Shown here piece by piece: positions 1 through 9,641 of a stretch of DNA of 52,149 nucleotides (position 1 is its first letter; each line of letters opens with the position of its first letter). This DNA comes from Schleiferiaceae bacterium (GTDB taxonomy: Bacteria; Bacteroidota; Bacteroidia; Flavobacteriales; Schleiferiaceae), in contig JAKMEB010000016.1 in NCBI GenBank assembly GCA_022426185.1, positions 1 through 52,149 on the forward strand, read 5' to 3'. The position numbers were made by a program, and so were the translations under genes. The notes under the pieces are model-generated. The model did not search any database. It worked only from the letters and a program-made list of their open reading frames with translations, and was not told where the DNA came from.

Positions 1-369
1 GTCATTGGCGGATTTTCAATATTGGTAGGTGGTTTTGGGATCGCAAATATCATGTTCGTAAGCGTACGAGAACGAACCAATGAAATTGGGATTCAAAAAG
101 CTTTAGGTGCAAAAAACTTCATGGTACTTTTCCAATTTTTGACTGAGAGCGTGGTGCTCTGTTTGATCGGTGGAATTATGGGACTTTTCTTAGTGGCACT
201 GGGCGCCTATGCCGCAACTAAAGCCTTTGACTTTGAAATTGCTTTAAGCCTATCAAACGTTGTTGTGGGAATAGGTTTGAGTGCTTTGATTGGATTAGTT
301 TCTGGCTTTGTGCCAGCTTGGATGGCAGCTCGTTTGAATCCGGTAGATGCGATTCGAATGAATGCCTAA
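1..369 (+). CDS. ABC transporter permease, FtsX/MacB type, C-terminal fragment (5' end lies outside the window)
   Basis: The frame is open from base 1. The tail ...VRERTNEIGIQKALGAKN... followed by three hydrophobic helices matches the conserved FtsX-family C-terminal module. Stop codon at 367-369. Confidence 0.85.
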   Translation, partial: VIGGFSILVGGFGIANIMFVSVRERTNEIGIQKALGAKNFMVLFQFLTESVVLCLIGGIMGLFLVALGAYAATKAFDFEIALSLSNVVVGIGLSALIGLVSGFVPAWMAARLNPVDAIRMNA

Positions 370-371
370 GA

Positions 372-827
372 TCACAAGTGTTCAGCAATAAATGCTGCAG
401 TCCATTCTAAAAGTTCCTGGTCCAGCGCTGTAAATGGGTCTAATTCGTGAGAGTCAATATCGATTTGCCCAATGAGTTTTTCCCCTGCATAAATGGGAAC
501 CACTATCTCACTTTTTGTGGCTAAACTGCATGCTAGATAATTGTCTTGAGCGTGCACATCAGGAACTTCAAAGGTTTGACCTGAAACAGCCACTTGTCCG
601 CAAATACCTCTGCCATAGGGTATGCTGGTATGATCCGTTACTTCACCTACATACGCTCCCAATTCTAACTGACTTTTAAGATCATTCATCCAATACAATC
701 CGGTCCAGTTGTAATACGATACACGTTGATCCAGCAGGGTAACTACAAATTTTTGAAGAGCATCACCACGTAAACCCGAAGCTTTCTGAAGCTCAAGTTT
801 GATATTTTCGAGTTCGATAGATGTCAT
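372..827 (-). CDS. GAF-domain protein, free methionine-(R)-sulfoxide reductase-like (YebR/MsrC family)
   Basis: GRGICGQVA...VPDVHAQDNYLACSLATKSEIVVPI resembles the fRMsr GAF core with its conserved Cys residues. I placed the start at the internal ATG at 827 (MTSIELEN...), because the 989 start would overlap the divergent gene at 962. Confidence 0.7.
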   Translation of the reverse strand: MTSIELENIKLELQKASGLRGDALQKFVVTLLDQRVSYYNWTGLYWMNDLKSQLELGAYVGEVTDHTSIPYGRGICGQVAVSGQTFEVPDVHAQDNYLACSLATKSEIVVPIYAGEKLIGQIDIDSHELDPFTALDQELLEWTAAFIAEHL

Positions 828-961
828 AACAGGTAGATTGTTGATAGAATAACTGTTTAATTGAGTAAACGTAGCATGGTTATTGCTTTTCAAGTGCGAA
901 ATTAGCAACAATATGAGCTTTTCTTTTGTTGTAGCTCTAATTATTAACCCAAATACCTGAT

Positions 962-2962
962 ATGAGAAAATTATTCCTCTCATTTGCACTCCTTGGATTC
1001 GCTTGGTCTGGCTATGCCCAAAGTACCACGAATGAATCCCTGAGTTTGCAGGCCTGCCAGGCGGATACTATCGTATTTAGCTTCGATATTTCATCGCCCT
1101 TTAACATTGGTAACACGTTCTCAGTAGAGATGAGTGATGCCAGTGGGAACTTTACCGGAAACTTTGTAAGTACTACTGCTCTATTAGCCTATGGAGTGAG
1201 TGTAGGAAATGAAATAGATGTTCTTGTACCCGACAATGCTACTCAAGGGGTTTACAAATTTCGAATGATCAGTTCTAATCCAGTTCTAGTCAGTGATACC
1301 ATCAATAACGTAATCATAGGGGCTAATCCTCAAACCGGTTTTTCAGCATACAATTGGTTTGATAAAGCCGGTGAGCTTACTTTCTGTGAAGGCGATACGG
1401 CATTACTTGTTGCTGATGCGCCACCTACAGGACAGTCTTATACTTACCAATGGCTTAGTGGAGGTGCACCTATTGCAGGTGAAACAGGGGATACTCTATT
1501 TGTAGTTGTTTCCGGTACTTACGGGATAGAAGTAAGCTCCAATCTCTGTGATGCAAATTCTATGGATACTGTGGTCAATTCCTACCTACCTACGGCGGCA
1601 GTTTTTGCGCAGGGTGGTGCAGGTATTAACTTTGTCGGTATTGATTCCATCCGTATGTGTAAGGGAACTATTGCTACGTTAGAGCATTTTGGATTCCCTG
1701 CTCCTGGAATTCTGGGATATGAGTTCCAGTGGTTAAAAGACGACAGCGTGAACATCTTTGGTCAGCCAGTGATGTATCCGCTTTTAGACGATACATTAAG
1801 TTCTATTACAGTAGATACCTCCGGCACGTGGTACCTAGAGGTTACTTCTCTGCCAGGAGGCTGCAAGGACACCTCGAAAGTTTATTCCGTAATTGTTGAC
1901 ACGGTACCTACGACAACAACTTTAGTTCAGAATTGGCCATGGCAAAATTTGCCTTCAAATACATTGTGTTTGACAGATTCAGCACTTCTGACTGCACAAG
2001 ACACTGTGTTGGGAACTACTTGGGAATACCAATGGCAAATTGCTTACCCTTCTGGTTCCAACAGTTGGTTGAATTTAGCTAATGATACTATGCCGTGGAT
2101 GGTGGTAGATACTTCCATTGTTGCGGATACGGCAGACTACAGATTATTTATCACGAATGAAGCCTGTTCATTTATTACGAACGAACAGACCATCAACTTT
2201 GTTAATTACCCATCATTACTCATTCAGCCTGGAGATTCATTAGGTATCTGTGTTTACGACAGTGTATTGGTAAGTCTTCAGAGCAATGCATTGAACTTTG
2301 CTTGGAATGGCGGATTCTATACGGGGAAACAAAACTTCCTTTCTGTACCAGGCCAATATGTTATTGAAGCCATTGGAATAAATCAATGTATAACAGCTGA
2401 TACATTAAATGTTTACAATTATACCTTAGTTGCTTCTGCTTCTGCGAACCCACCGGTAATTTCTCCAGGAGAATCTACAGTTCTTTCGGCTACTGGTGGA
2501 GTTTCTTATTATTGGTTTGCAGATGCACCTTCCTATTACAGCAATCAGCAATCTTCAAGCACAGAGGCTTTACCTTCAGTAGATACCATTACTTACTTTG
2601 TCCAAGTAGAAGACCTCAACGGATGTGAGGATACTGCGAGTGTACAAGTGTTTGTGATTGAACAAGATTCAGCAATCATTTATTCTAATACGTACGGAAA
2701 CATCCAAAACGTTATTACGCCGAATGGTGATGGCCGTAACGACGTCCTAGATCTCAGTGGTATCACTGCTGGGGATGATTGTGAATTCTCTGTGTACACA
2801 CGTTGGGGCACCCCTGTGTTTAACCAAGAAGTTTACAATAATGCTTGGGGTGGAACAACCGATGGAGGATCCACACTAGAGGACGGAACCTATTACTTTG
2901 TACTTACTCATAACAATGAGATCAGGGTGAAATCGGCAGTAACCATCTTAAACAACTTCTAA
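962..2962 (+). CDS. Secreted multi-Ig-like-repeat adhesin with a T9SS type B C-terminal sorting domain (gliding-motility-associated CTD)
   Basis: N-terminal signal peptide (MRKLFLSFALLGFAWSGYAQ). At least three degenerate repeats carry Y(Q/E)W...G(T)Y..(E)V motifs. The C-terminus ITPNGDGRNDVLDL...YTRWG...WGG...DGTYYF (about 2708-2959) is the type B CTD signature. Confidence 0.85.
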   Translation: MRKLFLSFALLGFAWSGYAQSTTNESLSLQACQADTIVFSFDISSPFNIGNTFSVEMSDASGNFTGNFVSTTALLAYGVSVGNEIDVLVPDNATQGVYKFRMISSNPVLVSDTINNVIIGANPQTGFSAYNWFDKAGELTFCEGDTALLVADAPPTGQSYTYQWLSGGAPIAGETGDTLFVVVSGTYGIEVSSNLCDANSMDTVVNSYLPTAAVFAQGGAGINFVGIDSIRMCKGTIATLEHFGFPAPGILGYEFQWLKDDSVNIFGQPVMYPLLDDTLSSITVDTSGTWYLEVTSLPGGCKDTSKVYSVIVDTVPTTTTLVQNWPWQNLPSNTLCLTDSALLTAQDTVLGTTWEYQWQIAYPSGSNSWLNLANDTMPWMVVDTSIVADTADYRLFITNEACSFITNEQTINFVNYPSLLIQPGDSLGICVYDSVLVSLQSNALNFAWNGGFYTGKQNFLSVPGQYVIEAIGINQCITADTLNVYNYTLVASASANPPVISPGESTVLSATGGVSYYWFADAPSYYSNQQSSSTEALPSVDTITYFVQVEDLNGCEDTASVQVFVIEQDSAIIYSNTYGNIQNVITPNGDGRNDVLDLSGITAGDDCEFSVYTRWGTPVFNQEVYNNAWGGTTDGGSTLEDGTYYFVLTHNNEIRVKSAVTILNNF

Positions 2963-2964
2963 TC

Positions 2965-4491
2965 ATGAGAAAGTTTTTATTTACACTTGCCTTAGTCGTT
3001 GGAAGTTATGCGGTTCAAGCCCAACAGCTTCCGCTCGTTTCAAATTATTTGAACACAGCGCATTTATTCAATCCTGCCTTCAGTGGTCTGGATGGGAAAA
3101 CGGAAATTACAGTTTTAAACCGACGTCAATGGACCGATATTCAAGGCGCTCCTGAAACGCAGTTTATGGCCTTCAATGGCAATCGTGAAGACCTGAAGTT
3201 TGGGTATAGCGGATATGCGTTCAATGATGTAACTGATATTGTATCACGTGCAGGATTCTACGGTTCTTACGCGTGGCATGTGAAGTTTACGGATCAAAAC
3301 AGCCTTAGCTTAGGTTTAGGCGCAGGTTATGTAAACAATACGATAAACGTGGGTGGCATTCGTGTACAGGATGATTTAGATCCGGTATTATTCTCTGCAT
3401 TAAACAGAGGTAAGTTTGATTTGAATTTTGGATTTAACCTCAAGTTTGGTGATTTCTCATTCGGTGCAGCGGTACCTAATATTTTAGCGCCGAAAGTCGA
3501 CTTTTCAGACAATTATGTGATCAGTCCATTCCAGTACCAATATATGCGTCACTATGTAGTGAATACACAGTACGATGTGAATTTGCAAAAAGGTTTGATG
3601 ACTTTAAGTCCTTTTGTGACGGTACGTGCCAACGAGGTGACTATTCCGCAGGTGGACGCAGGTTTAATGTTTAACCATAAAGAGTACTTCTTTATCGGAG
3701 CGGCCTACCGCTCGTCATATGCAGTTACAGCCAATACCGGTGTGCATTTAACGGAGAACATCACTATGGGTTATGCATATGATTTCTCTTTAAACACGTA
3801 CGGTTTTGCATTGGGTAATTCGCACGAGTTCATGCTGCGCTATTCTTTTGGTGAGAGCAAAAAAGACAAGCGATTAGAAAATGAACTTAAAAAGCTCAAA
3901 GACCGCCAGCGTCGTCAATCTGGCGATCTTGAAGACCTTCTGAACGATCGTTTGGATGAATTTAAGGATGAGGTTTCTGCCCAACAAAAAGAACTTTTTG
4001 ATGCGGAGAAAGAGAATCTTAAGGGTGAACTTAGTGAAGCCGCATCTCAAGCCGCATCTGAAGCAGCGAGCAATGCAGTCAATGCAAACGGAGGGATGAA
4101 TTCTAGCTCAGTAGGAGGTAACGGCGGTAGAAACAACGGTTCAAGCAATCAAGATACGAATCCAGCCACCACCTATCCACAGACTCCGCAGGGAGGCTCG
4201 GTGAAGAGTAATATTAAGGGCTATGACCCCAACCAATATGCAGGGAATGTTCAGGCAGGCTCCCGCGGTTATTACGTGACCGCTGGGGTATTTGGCTCTG
4301 TTACGAATGCGAATAAGCTGCAAGCACGTTTAAGTAAGCAAGGTGTGAGCTCAGACGTGTTCCAAGATCCTGGAAACAGTATGTATTACGTTTTCTTATT
4401 AAAATTCAACAACTATGAAGCTGCAAAGCAAGCTCAGGGAAGTGGATTTAATGGTCAATACGGAGGCAAACTTTGGATCAAGGCACTCTAA
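2965..4491 (+). CDS. PorP/SprF-family T9SS outer-membrane beta-barrel protein fused to a C-terminal coiled-coil, low-complexity linker and SPOR-like domain
   Basis: Signal peptide, then QQLPLVSNYLNTAHLFNPAFSG...RRQW...PETQ...NSHEFMLRYSF, the PorP/SprF pattern. A charged heptad region starts near 3851. An N/G/S-rich linker follows. The C-terminus GYYVTAGVFGSVTNANKLQARLSKQG...YYVFLLKFNNYEAAKQA fits the SPOR fold pattern. The gene starts 3 nt after the type B CTD gene. Confidence 0.8.
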   Translation: MRKFLFTLALVVGSYAVQAQQLPLVSNYLNTAHLFNPAFSGLDGKTEITVLNRRQWTDIQGAPETQFMAFNGNREDLKFGYSGYAFNDVTDIVSRAGFYGSYAWHVKFTDQNSLSLGLGAGYVNNTINVGGIRVQDDLDPVLFSALNRGKFDLNFGFNLKFGDFSFGAAVPNILAPKVDFSDNYVISPFQYQYMRHYVVNTQYDVNLQKGLMTLSPFVTVRANEVTIPQVDAGLMFNHKEYFFIGAAYRSSYAVTANTGVHLTENITMGYAYDFSLNTYGFALGNSHEFMLRYSFGESKKDKRLENELKKLKDRQRRQSGDLEDLLNDRLDEFKDEVSAQQKELFDAEKENLKGELSEAASQAASEAASNAVNANGGMNSSSVGGNGGRNNGSSNQDTNPATTYPQTPQGGSVKSNIKGYDPNQYAGNVQAGSRGYYVTAGVFGSVTNANKLQARLSKQGVSSDVFQDPGNSMYYVFLLKFNNYEAAKQAQGSGFNGQYGGKLWIKAL

Positions 4492-4507
4492 GTTTATTGA
4501 GGTATTT

Positions 4508-4543
4508 AAAAAAAGCCCGGCGCATTGCGCCGGGCTTTTTTTT
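4508..4543. terminator. Bidirectional rho-independent terminator between convergent genes
   Basis: A7 run, then GCCCGGCGC-att-GCGCCGGGC (9-bp GC-rich stem, 4515-4535), then a T8 run. It lies between the stops at 4491 (+) and 4556 (-). Confidence 0.85.
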
Positions 4544-4555
4544 GCTCAATAGGAA

Positions 4556-5194
4556 TTATTTTTTTTCGGCTTTCCGCGTTGGATAAATAAGATCCTGGTT
4601 CGTTTCGATGTGGTCCTTGGCAAGCTTCCCACCTTTCAAAATGCGCTCGGCTTGAGCTAGGTGACGCCCAATGTGTGGGATGATGATCTCAAGTGCTGTA
4701 ATGGATTTGACCTTAAACGGCGGCAAAGTTGAGGTTACCCGTGAATTGCATAAATCCTGACTGTTAGGTATGATCCGGACCAGCTTTTCAATTTGACTGA
4801 GATCTGCAATGAAGTTCTCCATGACTTTCTGTGGAGCGATTTTCAGATTTGGATCTCTTAAGCGTCTTGGTCTGAGTTTCCTAGGTACAGGGATTTTAAT
4901 CGATTTAGTTCCCGTAAAGGGTTGCATCCAACGGTTTGCTTTTTTGGTGAACCAACCCATATTTAATGCGCTGGATTCTTTGGCTTCAGGTAATTGGCAT
5001 ACTTGGGTCAATTGGGGCAAGAACACCTCATTAACATAGTTTGTGTGCTCGATACATTCAATGGCGGACCACTTTTCACCCTCTGGAATAAAGAAGAGTT
5101 CATCGTCTTCTAAAAAGTAGAATCCGCGCTCAAATTGAGCTTTGTAAAGCGCCAATTCGTCTAAGCGAAGGGCGATGTATTCGGTTGCTAGCAT
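4556..5194 (-). CDS. DinB-superfamily (DinB_2-like) putative metal-dependent protein
   Basis: Four-helix-bundle-sized protein with spaced His residues (ECIEHTNY ... IIIPHIGRHLAQAE) typical of the DinB/YfiT family. It starts 8 nt downstream of the mfd stop on the same strand. Confidence 0.5.
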   Translation of the reverse strand: MLATEYIALRLDELALYKAQFERGFYFLEDDELFFIPEGEKWSAIECIEHTNYVNEVFLPQLTQVCQLPEAKESSALNMGWFTKKANRWMQPFTGTKSIKIPVPRKLRPRRLRDPNLKIAPQKVMENFIADLSQIEKLVRIIPNSQDLCNSRVTSTLPPFKVKSITALEIIIPHIGRHLAQAERILKGGKLAKDHIETNQDLIYPTRKAEKK

Positions 5195-5202
5195 GCGCTC
5201 TT

Positions 5203-8200
5203 TTAGTCTTCTTTAGTTGTAATGCGTTGGAATACTTCGTAAACGCCCTGCAGGTGCATTATGTTTTGAGCGACAAAGGTGAGTTTATCACCTTTTTGCT
5301 TGATTTGAACACTTCGGGGGTGCAGTTGCAAATAGCGCAGAACTTGCGAGAAAATTGGCAATTGGTAATACGGACTGTTATTTTCAGCTGCAAAGTGCGC
5401 AATAAGTTTACCGCCTTTAATGATAATTTTAGTGAAGCCAATGTGCTTCGCAAGCCATTTAATGCGCAGACTGTATAGTAGATCCTCGACTTGCGGCGGA
5501 ATTGGGCCGAACCGGTCCTCTAATTCCGATTGGAACACCAACAAATCTTCTTCTTGTTCCAAGGTGCCCATGCGCTGGTACAACTTCAAACGCTCTTCAA
5601 TATTATTGACGTATTCGTCGGGTAGGTGAAGGGCAAGATCGGTATCTATTTGAACGTCTTCAACGAAATGTGATCCTTGCGTTTTTGCAGGTTGCTCGTA
5701 CAATTCTTTGAATTCATTCTCTTTTAGTTCGTTTACGGCTTCAGCAAGAATTTTTTGATAGGTATCAAAGCCCATATCAGAAATGAAGCCACTTTGCTCG
5801 CCTCCTAACAAATCGCCAGCTCCACGAATTTCAAGATCCTTCATAGCAATCTTAAATCCAGAGCCCAGATCGGTGAATTGCTCTAATGCTTGCAGTCGTT
5901 TTCTCGCCTCATCGGTCAATGCACTGAGGGGTGGAGCGATCAGTTTACAAAAAGCCTTTTTGTTCGAGCGTCCCACACGTCCGCGCATTTGGTGCAAGTC
6001 CGACATACCAAAGTGGTTGGCATTATTGATGATAATAGTGTTGGCATTGGGTACGTCCAAGCCACTTTCAATAATTGAGGTGGCCACCAAGACGTCGTAT
6101 TTACCGTCCATAAAGTCCAGCATGATTTTCTCCAATTTTTTACCGTCCATTTGACCGTGTCCTATGGCGATACGAGCATCGGGTACCAGTCTTTGAATCA
6201 TGCCGGCGACTTCTTGAATGTTGCTCACACGGTTGTTGATAAAGAAAACTTGTCCGCCTCGTTGAATTTCATAGCTCACTGAATCGCGAATGGCTTCTTC
6301 TGTAAACCCGATCAACTCTGTTTCAATGGGTTGTCGGTTGGGTGGAGGGGTGGTCATCACACTAAGGTCACGCGCAGCGAGTAAGGAAAACTGCAGGGTA
6401 CGTGGAATAGGTGTAGCTGTCAATGTGAGGGTATCAACACCGACTTTCAACGTCTTGATTTTATCCTTGACGCCCACGCCAAATTTTTGCTCTTCGTCGA
6501 CGATGAGGAGTCCAAGGTCTTTAAACTCTACGGTTTTACTGACCAACTTATGCGTGCCTATAAGGATATCTACTTTCCCCGCTTTGAGATTCGCCAATGT
6601 TTCTCTTTGTTGTTTCGCCGTGCGAAATCTATTGATGTAATCTACTGTTACGGGAAAACTTTCTAGTCGCTTGGTGAAGGTTTTAAAATGTTGAAAAGCC
6701 AAAATGGTAGTAGGCACAAGCACAGCGACTTGTTTTCCATTAGCAGCAGCTTTGAATGCGGCGCGTATGGCTATTTCTGTCTTCCCAAAACCTACGTCTC
6801 CACATATGAGTCGGTCCATGGGCATAGGGCGCTCCATGTCTTTCTTTACCGCTTCTGTTGCGGATACTTGGTCCGGCGTGTCTTCGTATAAAAAGCTGGC
6901 TTCCAACTCATGTTGTAGGTAACCATCAGGTGCGCATTCGAATCCAATGGCTTCTTTGCGTTTCGCATATAATTGGATCAAATCAAAGGCAATCTGCTTG
7001 ACTTTTGCTTTGGTCTTTTTCTTAAGCGACTGCCACTGGGGACTACCTAATTTATTAAGTTGAGGAGCAGTACCGTCCTTTCCGTTGAACTTACTAATCT
7101 TGTGCAGCGCGTGAATGCTTACATACAGAATGTCGTTATCTCGATAGACCAATTTTATAGCCTCCTGCACAGTGCCGTTGTTGTCAATCTTTTGCAGCCC
7201 ACCAAACTTACCAACGCCGTGGTCGACGTGCGTAACATAGTCGCCAAACTCTAGGGCGTTTAGCTGCTCGAGCGTAATGGCCTGTTTTTTTTGTGCGCCG
7301 TTTTTAATATTGAAGCGCTGGTAGCGATCGAATATCTGATGATCCGTATAGAGATAAATACCAGCAGATTCGTCTTCAAATCCTTCATGGAGTGCGGTAG
7401 TGGTCGTACGGTACTGCGGGTTCAGTTCTAAATCCTCGAAAATGGCTTTAAAGCGCTCCGCTTGTTTCTCATTCGAGCACATTAATACGGCCTGCTTTTC
7501 TCGCCCTTCAACATCTAGTAGAGTTTGCGCAAGTAGATTAAAATCTTTATTGAAGGCGCGTTGCGGCAATGCCTTACTCTCTATGGTTTTAGTGTGCCAT
7601 TGAGCCCTGCCATATTCAATGCGGCTAAAATCCATAAGATCCCTTTTCATAGCATCTCCAGAAACAAAAAGCTCGGTAGGCGCACCACGTTTCACGGTAT
7701 CTCCAAGCTGTTCGTAGGTCTCGTGAGCCAATTCCATCAATCGGTCCAGTCCCGCAGTGAGCAAAGAAGGCGTATCCAGCCATACTTGGGTTTCTTTAGA
7801 CAAGTAGGAAAGAAAAGAGCTGCGTTCTTCAAGAAAGGTCTTATTCTCCACATTTGGGACAATGCTCATTTTACGGGCCTTCCCAATAGTGCGCTGACTC
7901 TCAATATCAAAGTAGCGAATACTCTCTACTTCATCGTCAAAAAACTCTATGCGATAGGGGTGGTCTTTTGAAAACGAGAAAATATCCACGATGCCACCTC
8001 GTACAGAAAATTGACCAGGACTTATGACAAAATCCACCCGTTCAAACTGGTATTCAAAAAGCGTCTCATTTAAAAAGTCGATGGATATGCGCTCGCCCAC
8101 ATGAAGCTTGAGCGTATTACTTTCCAATTCTTTTTTGGTGACTACTTTTTCGAAAAGTGCTTCGGTATACGTAATGACTAAAGGCGATCTTCTTCTACTG

Positions 8201-8541
8201 CTTAGGTGATTGAGCACCTCCGCACGCAAAAGCACATTTGCATTATCTGTTTGCGCAACCTCATAGGGCCTGCGATAAGAAGCCGGATAAAAATAACACG
8301 GCACTTTCGGAAGCAGCTTCTCTAGATCGTTTTGGAGGTAGGCGGCTTGTTCTTTATTCTGCGCTATGAGAAGTTGCGGAACATTGGTTTGTACAAATGT
8401 GGCTGCTGCTAGAAGCGCAGTATGAGAGCCACCTGCAGTTGTACATCCGATTGCAGTGCGTTGGTTGTCTTTGGCAGCCTCAACTAAGGCTTGAATGAGC
8501 GGGTGTTCATCGTAGTAGCTAAGTAAGTCTGCCAGTTCCAA
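5203..8541 (-). CDS. mfd: Transcription-repair coupling factor
   Basis: 1112 aa. Superfamily-2 helicase motifs (GDVGFGKTE, DEEQKFGV, RGRVGRS), a UvrB-homology N-terminus and a CarD-like domain (GDYVTHVDHGVGKF). Confidence 0.97.
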   Translation of the reverse strand: MELADLLSYYDEHPLIQALVEAAKDNQRTAIGCTTAGGSHTALLAAATFVQTNVPQLLIAQNKEQAAYLQNDLEKLLPKVPCYFYPASYRRPYEVAQTDNANVLLRAEVLNHLSSRRRSPLVITYTEALFEKVVTKKELESNTLKLHVGERISIDFLNETLFEYQFERVDFVISPGQFSVRGGIVDIFSFSKDHPYRIEFFDDEVESIRYFDIESQRTIGKARKMSIVPNVENKTFLEERSSFLSYLSKETQVWLDTPSLLTAGLDRLMELAHETYEQLGDTVKRGAPTELFVSGDAMKRDLMDFSRIEYGRAQWHTKTIESKALPQRAFNKDFNLLAQTLLDVEGREKQAVLMCSNEKQAERFKAIFEDLELNPQYRTTTTALHEGFEDESAGIYLYTDHQIFDRYQRFNIKNGAQKKQAITLEQLNALEFGDYVTHVDHGVGKFGGLQKIDNNGTVQEAIKLVYRDNDILYVSIHALHKISKFNGKDGTAPQLNKLGSPQWQSLKKKTKAKVKQIAFDLIQLYAKRKEAIGFECAPDGYLQHELEASFLYEDTPDQVSATEAVKKDMERPMPMDRLICGDVGFGKTEIAIRAAFKAAANGKQVAVLVPTTILAFQHFKTFTKRLESFPVTVDYINRFRTAKQQRETLANLKAGKVDILIGTHKLVSKTVEFKDLGLLIVDEEQKFGVGVKDKIKTLKVGVDTLTLTATPIPRTLQFSLLAARDLSVMTTPPPNRQPIETELIGFTEEAIRDSVSYEIQRGGQVFFINNRVSNIQEVAGMIQRLVPDARIAIGHGQMDGKKLEKIMLDFMDGKYDVLVATSIIESGLDVPNANTIIINNANHFGMSDLHQMRGRVGRSNKKAFCKLIAPPLSALTDEARKRLQALEQFTDLGSGFKIAMKDLEIRGAGDLLGGEQSGFISDMGFDTYQKILAEAVNELKENEFKELYEQPAKTQGSHFVEDVQIDTDLALHLPDEYVNNIEERLKLYQRMGTLEQEEDLLVFQSELEDRFGPIPPQVEDLLYSLRIKWLAKHIGFTKIIIKGGKLIAHFAAENNSPYYQLPIFSQVLRYLQLHPRSVQIKQKGDKLTFVAQNIMHLQGVYEVFQRITTKED

Positions 8542-8544
8542 GGG

Positions 8545-9555
8545 TTATTCTTTGTATTTCTGCATAAATGCATGAGCGGTCTCAACCATACGCGGCGAAC
8601 CAATGAAAACAGGTACCCGTTGGTGTAATTCCTTGGGGTCTATTTCCAAAATTCGCTTTGCGCCGTCTGTGGCCATGCCGCCGGCTTGTTCAACAATAAA
8701 AGCGAGTGGGTTGCACTCATACAAGAGTCGAAGTTTACCATTGGGCGCCATCGTTCCTGTGGGGTAAAGATACACCCCACCTTTAATAAGATTGCGGTGA
8801 AAATCGGAAACTAATGAGCCAATATAACGCGAGGTGTAGGGTCGGTTTGAGGCTTCGTCAAACTCTTGACAATACTTCAAATACTGCTTAACTCCCGTGG
8901 GAAAATGCACGTAATTCCCTTCGTTAACACTGTAGATTTTTCCTTCAGCAGGAATAGTCATGTTGGGGTGCGACAAACAGAAAACCCCTATCGAGGGATC
9001 CAATGTAAAGCCGTTCACGCCTTTTCCTGTCGTATAAACGAGCATGGTTGAAGAACCATACACGACATAACCTGCTGCGATTTGCGCATCACCGGGCTGT
9101 AAAAAATCGTTTAAACTTACGGGGCTTCCGGTTGGGGTAATTCTGCGATATATGGAGAAAATGGTACCCACACTTACGTTGACATCAATATTGGACGACC
9201 CGTCTAGAGGGTCCATTAACACGATGTATTTTGCATCCGAATGAATTTCATCGTCGAAGCTGATAAATGAATCTTCTTCTTCAGAGGCGACACCGCAAAC
9301 TTGACCCATGCTGCGGAGTGCGCGCATGAAGGTGTCATTCGCCATGACGTCTAATTTTTGTTGTTGCTCGCCTTGCACATTCTCGGTGCCTATTGCGCCT
9401 AAAATATCTGCCAATCCGGCTTTGTTGATTTCTCTATTCACCACCTTTGCAGCGAGGCGAATGGAGGTTAGGAGTTGCGACAATTCTCCTGAAGCAAATG
9501 GAAAATCTTTCTGGTTTTCAACGATAAATTCGCCGAGCGTGGTGGGTTGTACCAT
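8545..9555 (-). CDS. fbp: Fructose-1,6-bisphosphatase, class 1
   Basis: 336 aa with [22 protein letters not shown] and [15 protein letters not shown] motifs. Confidence 0.95.
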   Translation of the reverse strand: MVQPTTLGEFIVENQKDFPFASGELSQLLTSIRLAAKVVNREINKAGLADILGAIGTENVQGEQQQKLDVMANDTFMRALRSMGQVCGVASEEEDSFISFDDEIHSDAKYIVLMDPLDGSSNIDVNVSVGTIFSIYRRITPTGSPVSLNDFLQPGDAQIAAGYVVYGSSTMLVYTTGKGVNGFTLDPSIGVFCLSHPNMTIPAEGKIYSVNEGNYVHFPTGVKQYLKYCQEFDEASNRPYTSRYIGSLVSDFHRNLIKGGVYLYPTGTMAPNGKLRLLYECNPLAFIVEQAGGMATDGAKRILEIDPKELHQRVPVFIGSPRMVETAHAFMQKYKE

Positions 9556-9641
9556 GGTCAGTGGTTCTTTGGTTTTAATAGGTGGTGCAAGTTACCTATT
9601 TTCTGTGGGAAACACCTGAAACTAAAGATTACCTTTACCCT

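Noticed and set aside
872-887. Sigma-54-like match TAGCATG-gtta-TTGCT upstream of the type B CTD adhesin gene.
   Set aside because: The near-invariant -24 GG dinucleotide is AG here. The -12 half and spacing are perfect, but loss of GG is normally incompatible with RpoN binding.
828-989. N-terminal extensions offered by the ORF track: 372-989, 9582-9641, 36302-36373, 44794-44955 and 14412-14432.
   Set aside because: The extensions overlap divergent or upstream genes or promoter regions and add non-conserved residues. Internal ATGs restore canonical N-termini: a signal peptide, the HMA domain start, or a typical family start.
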